A stretch of 39,613 nt of DNA from an uncultured Spirochaetia bacterium (GTDB lineage Bacteria; Spirochaetota; UBA12135; COTS27; CAZFAK01): NCBI GenBank assembly GCA_964517045.1, contig CAZFAK010000001.1, positions 1 to 39,613 on the forward strand, given 5' to 3'. Both the position numbers and the translations under genes were made by a program. This document shows positions 34,783 to 39,613 of the stretch, piece after piece. The stretch's first letter is position 1; each line of letters begins with the position of its first letter. The notes below the pieces were generated by a model that worked only from the letters and a program-made list of their open reading frames with translations, was not told the DNA's origin and searched no databases.

Positions 34783-35160
34783 ATGGCTTCTGATACAAAA
34801 ACTACAGTAGCAGTACTTGGCGCTTCTCCCAAACCCAAACGCTATTCCAATCAGGCTGTAAGACTGCTCAAAGAAAACCACTACGAAGTCATACCTGTAA
34901 ACCCCTATTTTAGCGAAATAGAAGGACTGCGGTGCGTGCATGATATAAAATCATTACCGGCAGCGCTTGATACCATAACTGTTTACATAAACCCCGGGCG
35001 TCTTACTCCTCTGCTGGATGACTTAATCAGCTTAAAACCGCGGCGTGTAATATTAAATCCCGGTACCGAGTCGGAGACGGTAAAACAAAAACTGGCGGAA
35101 AACAATATAAACACCCTTGCAGCCTGTACCCTGGTTATGCTGCGTACAGGCCAGTTTTAA
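34783..35160 (+). CDS. CoA-binding domain protein (YccU-like)
   Basis: The 125-aa ORF begins VAVLGASPKPKRYSNQAVRLLKENHYEVIPVNP and starts directly after the trxB stop codon. Confidence 0.8.
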   Translation: MASDTKTTVAVLGASPKPKRYSNQAVRLLKENHYEVIPVNPYFSEIEGLRCVHDIKSLPAALDTITVYINPGRLTPLLDDLISLKPRRVILNPGTESETVKQKLAENNINTLAACTLVMLRTGQF

Positions 35161-35534
35161 CTGTTATATAAGGTTTTTATCTTGTCTGCGAGAGGCGCCA
35201 GCGAGGGCAGCGGTTTATAAAAAACCGTATCCGGGCTTATTCCTGTCTGCTGCAGCTTTTTTGTAACAGTAAAATGCGAAGAACCGGTATAAATGACAAA
35301 TTTAACAGCCGGATCCAATGCATTGGCTTTAGAAATAAACTGTACACCATCCATACCCGGCAGCCTGATATCAGCAATAATAACTTTAATTTTGTTATGC
35401 TTGATAAATTCCAATCCCTGTTCTCCATTATCAGCTGTTAGAAAGGGTATTCCGGCATCAGCAAAAAAATACCCCAGACTTTGCCGTATAGTAGGATCAT
35501 CATCTATAATTAAAATTTTTTTACTGAAATTCAT
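35157..35534 (-). CDS. Single-domain response regulator (CheY-like receiver)
   Basis: The 125-aa ORF has IIDDDP and the phospho-acceptor context VIIADIRLPGMDG. It has no output domain. Confidence 0.88.
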   Translation of the reverse strand: MNFSKKILIIDDDPTIRQSLGYFFADAGIPFLTADNGEQGLEFIKHNKIKVIIADIRLPGMDGVQFISKANALDPAVKFVIYTGSSHFTVTKKLQQTGISPDTVFYKPLPSLAPLADKIKTLYNS

Positions 35535-35616
35535 TGGTAAATTTTTTAATCTATATTATAATTATAGTCATTATCAGAGAAAAAACAAATAAAGTTAAAA
35601 AAAATATTATAAACTG

Positions 35617-36966
35617 ATGAATTCACTAATTATTATTATCACCATTGGTTTAGTACTGATCCTGGGTATTCTTTTTTTAATTGGTTACCGTAAAAAAAAA
35701 TTAACTACCAATATTGTCCACGAATTTAAAAAAGGCAATACCAACCAGGTTATAAAAATATGCAAAAATATAAGAAAAAAAAATAAAAAAGATATAACTG
35801 CCAACTATTATCTGGCAAAGACTTATATGAAAAAAGGACATTTTATCCAGGCTTATGACTATTTTAAATATATAATCAACAAGGGACTTGTTAATGAGAC
35901 AATCACTGCTAAAATGATCTATACGCGCCTGGCTAATCTGGCTACTAAAATCGGTTACCGGGACGACGCTGTAAAATATAATACTTTACTGCTAAAGATG
36001 AACCCTGATGCTGCGGAAAATATCTACTTTAATCTGGGCCGGACCTACTTTCAAAATAAACAATTCCGCGATGCCGCTGCTGCGCTGCAGAAAAGTATTC
36101 AATACAATCCGGATAACGCAGAGTGTTATCCCTATCTGGCCCATTCCTTATACCAGACCCATGCCTATGAAAAATCACTTAAATTTTTTTTATCAGCCCA
36201 GGATAATGCGGACAACGATCCGCTGATCTATTACCGTACCGGCCAGATTCTATTTTATCAAAAAAAATATCAGAAGGCAACATCCTATTTTGAAAAAGCA
36301 CTGAACCACAATATTAAGCCTGTCAAAACTTTACAAAAACTGGCTAATATAGCCTTCAACAGTAATGATACCCAAAAAGCTCTTGACCTGTATGAAGAAG
36401 CCCTGAAAAAAAATAAAAAAACAAAAGATTTAAATACTGCCAATGAACTGCTCTACGAGCAGGCAGAGCTTCTGGCCCAAACCGGCGACATAAACGGCGC
36501 TGTTGCCAACTGGCAGAAAATTATGGATATTGATTCTGCTTTTAAAGACGTTTATATCAAACACCCCATCTATGCCTATTTAAATGAGATGCAGCGTAAA
36601 GATGAACTGACCAGAGTGTTCCATTGCGAACGCAGTGCTTATAAACAGATCTGCGAAGCGCTGCTGCGTAAACAAAAACACTTCTCTATTGAAACCTCTG
36701 TTTTGTCCGATACCATTATCCACTGCAGGTCTATTATCAAGTCCAAACATGAAGAATATGACTGCCTATCCTGTTTTAACCGGGGTCTGCAATTAATAAC
36801 AGAACAGGATGTCGAAAGCTTTGCCCACCGCCTGAAAGAACAAAAGATATATACCGGCCAGTATTTAACCTGGTATAAGTTTGATACTATATCAGATTCC
36901 CTTAAAACTGTTTTCCCCATCTCTTTCTGGGAAGGCAAGGATATCGCAGCACTGCATCACTCCTGA
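35617..36966 (+). CDS. Membrane-anchored TPR-repeat protein with an unassigned C-terminal domain (possibly a degenerate Mrr/PD-(D/E)xK-like fold)
   Basis: The 449-aa ORF has an N-terminal TM and several TPR units (NIYFNLGRTYFQNKQFRDAAAALQKSIQYNPDNAECY...). The C-terminal ~110 aa follow the hydrophobic pattern of Mrr_cat domains but lack the catalytic residues. Confidence 0.7.
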   Translation: MNSLIIIITIGLVLILGILFLIGYRKKKLTTNIVHEFKKGNTNQVIKICKNIRKKNKKDITANYYLAKTYMKKGHFIQAYDYFKYIINKGLVNETITAKMIYTRLANLATKIGYRDDAVKYNTLLLKMNPDAAENIYFNLGRTYFQNKQFRDAAAALQKSIQYNPDNAECYPYLAHSLYQTHAYEKSLKFFLSAQDNADNDPLIYYRTGQILFYQKKYQKATSYFEKALNHNIKPVKTLQKLANIAFNSNDTQKALDLYEEALKKNKKTKDLNTANELLYEQAELLAQTGDINGAVANWQKIMDIDSAFKDVYIKHPIYAYLNEMQRKDELTRVFHCERSAYKQICEALLRKQKHFSIETSVLSDTIIHCRSIIKSKHEEYDCLSCFNRGLQLITEQDVESFAHRLKEQKIYTGQYLTWYKFDTISDSLKTVFPISFWEGKDIAALHHS

Positions 36967-36974
36967 CCACTGTT

Positions 36975-39611
36975 CTACTCAATAATTATTTTCAGCAGTT
37001 TGCGGCTTTTTAAGGAATCATCAAAAATATGTATCAGATAGAGACCGGGCGCGACCCGCTTGGCTTTTGCATCAGTAAGATCCCAGATAATACGACCGCT
37101 GTTTTGGAAAACTTCCGGTTCTTTAAGACTCCTGATCAGGCGGCCGTTTACATCATATATCTTAGCCTGCGTTTCCCTGGTAACATAGCGTATCTCCAGC
37201 TGATTAACACTTCTGTCCAGGGGATTGGGGCCGGCGATCATCCGCCTCAGATCACGCGCCATATTGGCAATATCAAAAGTTATGGCATTACTGGTTGTAA
37301 GACCTACCGTATTTTCACTTACTGTTGAAAATATATAAGTACCGTTACTGAAACTGGTAAAAGAGTTAAAATTAACTGACCAGGCAGCAGCATCCGGGCT
37401 CACTATATTAGTCCATACAACATTGTTGGTATAAAGGGTTACAGCGCTGATGCCGGATACATTTTCCGTAACATTACCCGAGAAATTACAGTTATCACCC
37501 CGGAATATAGAGCCGTTGCTGTTAACAATAGTACTCTCAGGAGGCGAGTTGTCAATAAAGAAAATATTGGTATACCTGCGTACGGAAAACGGTCCGCTCT
37601 GAGCCCGGAAAATAAAAGGAGTCTGACCGTCGGCAAAGAGAGCAGTATTTAAGGTATTGGTAAAAAACATATTGGTTCCGATAGCAATATTAGTAGGCGC
37701 AGTAAGCGTTACCTGCGGCGGGGGAGCTGAAGGAGAGGTATTACTGGCAATACCGTTTAACTGCACGGTGCCGGTAATAAAATTACTGCTGTTTTCCGGA
37801 AAAAGAGGTGAACATAATACATTGGTTACTATGGGAATACCGTTATTAAAGAAAACCTGTACTGCGGGAGAAATATTACTCAGACCGGCATGGTTTACAC
37901 TGATCAGATAAAGAAAATTACTGCCGTCATCATAATCAGCTGTATTTATCTCCTGCTGGGTTAGGCCGGGCGGTAGAGTTATGGTATCTGTATTATGAGT
38001 GGCAGCATTGGATATAATCAGGGCAGCGCCCGCAATGCCGGTGTGCGGATCACTGTTGCTCCAGGTAATAGTATTGGTTATACTAAGCCGGGCATTATTG
38101 GTAGGTGTAATAATGCCGGCCCGGGGCGGACTGGTGTCTTTTACTACCTGCTGCGTTTCAATGCTTACGTTACCGGCTATATCCACCGCTCTAAAATAAA
38201 AGATATTGGTTCCGTCAGGAAGAAACGTTGTATCATAACTGTTACTCCATAATTGATTGGAGGATATCAGTAAGGACGGTCCGCTGTTAGTGCTGTAAAA
38301 AACCGCAATATTACTGTTTAAAAGCGGGTTGTCATTGTAGGTATAACCGCGGAAAAGGACAGTACCGCTTACCAGCTGGTTAGCACTGATGTTTGTTTCC
38401 CTGATAGTCAGGTTGCCGGTTACATTACAGCCGTTAAGTACCGGTGTGGTAGTGGTGTTAAAACCCGGCGTTATGGCTGCGGCAGGCAGACCCGGTTCAG
38501 TATCGATAAAATTACTCAATACACCAGCGCCGGATCCGGGAATATCATTATTGGTTTTAACACTGCGGTCAAAAACAGTATAGGGAGAAGGACCGCCGGT
38601 AAAGACTATTGTTTTGATACCTATCTCAAAAGGCCCGGCGCCGGAACTGTAAGGTGTCATCATATAGGAGTTATTGGTAATATAATCCAGAGTAGTAAAA
38701 TCACTGACCGGAACAGTTATGGTAACCCAGTCACTGCCAATACCGCCCACACTGTTCGTATAATCACTGATTGGCAGTTTGTCCGCAGTGTTATCACCTA
38801 CCACCTGAATTTTACTCCAGTCAGCATTGCCGGCAATATCTTTCAGAGTTATCTCTATGCTGGTATTATTCATCCCGTCAGTAGGATCTATTTGCGGACT
38901 CCAGCGGTTGGGGCCGAAACCAAGGGTTACTTTGGTAAATCCGGTAGTCGGCTCCACACAGCGCAGATACTCTGTATCAGGGCCCTGATTAGCGCGCACA
39001 GCATAATAGTAGTCAGCAGAACCTCCGGCAGTTTCAGGATAGTTACAGTAGTAATGAATAAAACCGGTACTACCGGCTGTAAGATTACTGGTTAAAAGTA
39101 CAGCGTTAGAGAGATTGTCTTTGGTTATAGTCCCGTTACTGGAACAGTATACACTGTAAGTATTATTGGTATCAACCGGATTCCAGCTTAAAGCAGTAGC
39201 TGTGTTGGAAAGAAAAACAGCCTGCAGGTTGGTAGGGGCTAGAATACCGTTTACCACATAAGCTTTGAGAATATAGAGATTGGTTTTAGGCAGGTTATTA
39301 ACCGCCCGGAAAGTCCAGGTATGAAGGCCGTTATTCAGATTTTCCGTATTAAAATTTAAAGACCATGTAGGACCGCTGCCGATATTGGTATAAGCACTGT
39401 TGTTAAGGCTGAAGTCAACATTGACCGGATCCAGACCGCCCATAATATTACTGGCAAAACCGCTAAAATTGTAGGTGCCGTTAATAGTAGTTTCCTGAGC
39501 TGTAGCAGTTTCCATAATAACCGGAGAGTCGGGCTCAAACTCTTTCCAGCCGATGTCCGGGGCCAGCCCTAAAGCACTGTCAGTAACCCCGCTTATGGTT
39601 TTACCGCTGTC
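36975..39611 (-). CDS. Large Ig-repeat surface protein with FlgD-Ig/T9SS-like C-terminal sorting domain; 5' end outside the window
   Basis: The frame stays open upstream of the first Met (39515) to the window edge (..DSGKTISGVTDSALGLAPDIGWKEFEPDSPVIMETA..). The body has repeated Ig-like segments. The C-terminal tail is GPNPLDRSVNQLEIRY...IYDVNGRLIRSL...IIWDLTD...APGLYLIHIF. Confidence 0.8.
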   Translation of the reverse strand, partial: DSGKTISGVTDSALGLAPDIGWKEFEPDSPVIMETATAQETTINGTYNFSGFASNIMGGLDPVNVDFSLNNSAYTNIGSGPTWSLNFNTENLNNGLHTWTFRAVNNLPKTNLYILKAYVVNGILAPTNLQAVFLSNTATALSWNPVDTNNTYSVYCSSNGTITKDNLSNAVLLTSNLTAGSTGFIHYYCNYPETAGGSADYYYAVRANQGPDTEYLRCVEPTTGFTKVTLGFGPNRWSPQIDPTDGMNNTSIEITLKDIAGNADWSKIQVVGDNTADKLPISDYTNSVGGIGSDWVTITVPVSDFTTLDYITNNSYMMTPYSSGAGPFEIGIKTIVFTGGPSPYTVFDRSVKTNNDIPGSGAGVLSNFIDTEPGLPAAAITPGFNTTTTPVLNGCNVTGNLTIRETNISANQLVSGTVLFRGYTYNDNPLLNSNIAVFYSTNSGPSLLISSNQLWSNSYDTTFLPDGTNIFYFRAVDIAGNVSIETQQVVKDTSPPRAGIITPTNNARLSITNTITWSNSDPHTGIAGAALIISNAATHNTDTITLPPGLTQQEINTADYDDGSNFLYLISVNHAGLSNISPAVQVFFNNGIPIVTNVLCSPLFPENSSNFITGTVQLNGIASNTSPSAPPPQVTLTAPTNIAIGTNMFFTNTLNTALFADGQTPFIFRAQSGPFSVRRYTNIFFIDNSPPESTIVNSNGSIFRGDNCNFSGNVTENVSGISAVTLYTNNVVWTNIVSPDAAAWSVNFNSFTSFSNGTYIFSTVSENTVGLTTSNAITFDIANMARDLRRMIAGPNPLDRSVNQLEIRYVTRETQAKIYDVNGRLIRSLKEPEVFQNSGRIIWDLTDAKAKRVAPGLYLIHIFDDSLKSRKLLKIIIE

Positions 39612-39613
39612 AA

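Overview
This is a 39.6-kb AT-rich, tightly packed bacterial chromosomal segment with about 35 protein genes, many with abutting or overlapping junctions. I recognise no rRNA, tRNA, CRISPR array, transposase or integrase. All calls come from motif-level reading of the translated ORFs and the DNA; no similarity search was possible. The organism looks diderm: there is an LptF/G-type permease, several lipobox proteins, and two Ig-repeat proteins ending in a FlgD-Ig/T9SS-like C-terminal sorting domain. That fits an FCB-group, Cloacimonadota-, Fibrobacterota- or Spirochaetota-like organism, but I cannot resolve the taxonomy. Core genes are the glycine cleavage system (single-chain gcvP converging on gcvT-gcvH), lepB, a class B PBP with a PASTA tail, GTP-type PEPCK, a UvrD/PcrA-family helicase, a U32 peptidase, fabG, trxB, a CoA-binding protein and a CheY-like receiver. 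Lineage-specific content includes TPR proteins, a cyclophilin-FKBP dual PPIase lipoprotein, a DUF115/Maf-like protein, a kinase-less triple-PASTA protein and a 602-aa 3+3-TM membrane protein. It also includes an AEC transporter with an odd C-terminal tail and a four-gene envelope/surface module at 9901..15508. The items most worth follow-up are: (1) that surface module, with two tandem paralogous lipoproteins built from an Ig-like domain plus seven W-initiated repeats; (2) a promoter plus perfect 16-bp hairpin unit just upstream of it, which could be a small RNA, an attenuator or a tandem palindromic operator; (3) a near-identical ~52-nt intergenic element at the window start and at 32895, the second copy abutting a GC-rich island; (4) an unannotated 47-codon ORF translationally coupled to the 602-aa membrane protein. 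None of these is proven to be a new system.
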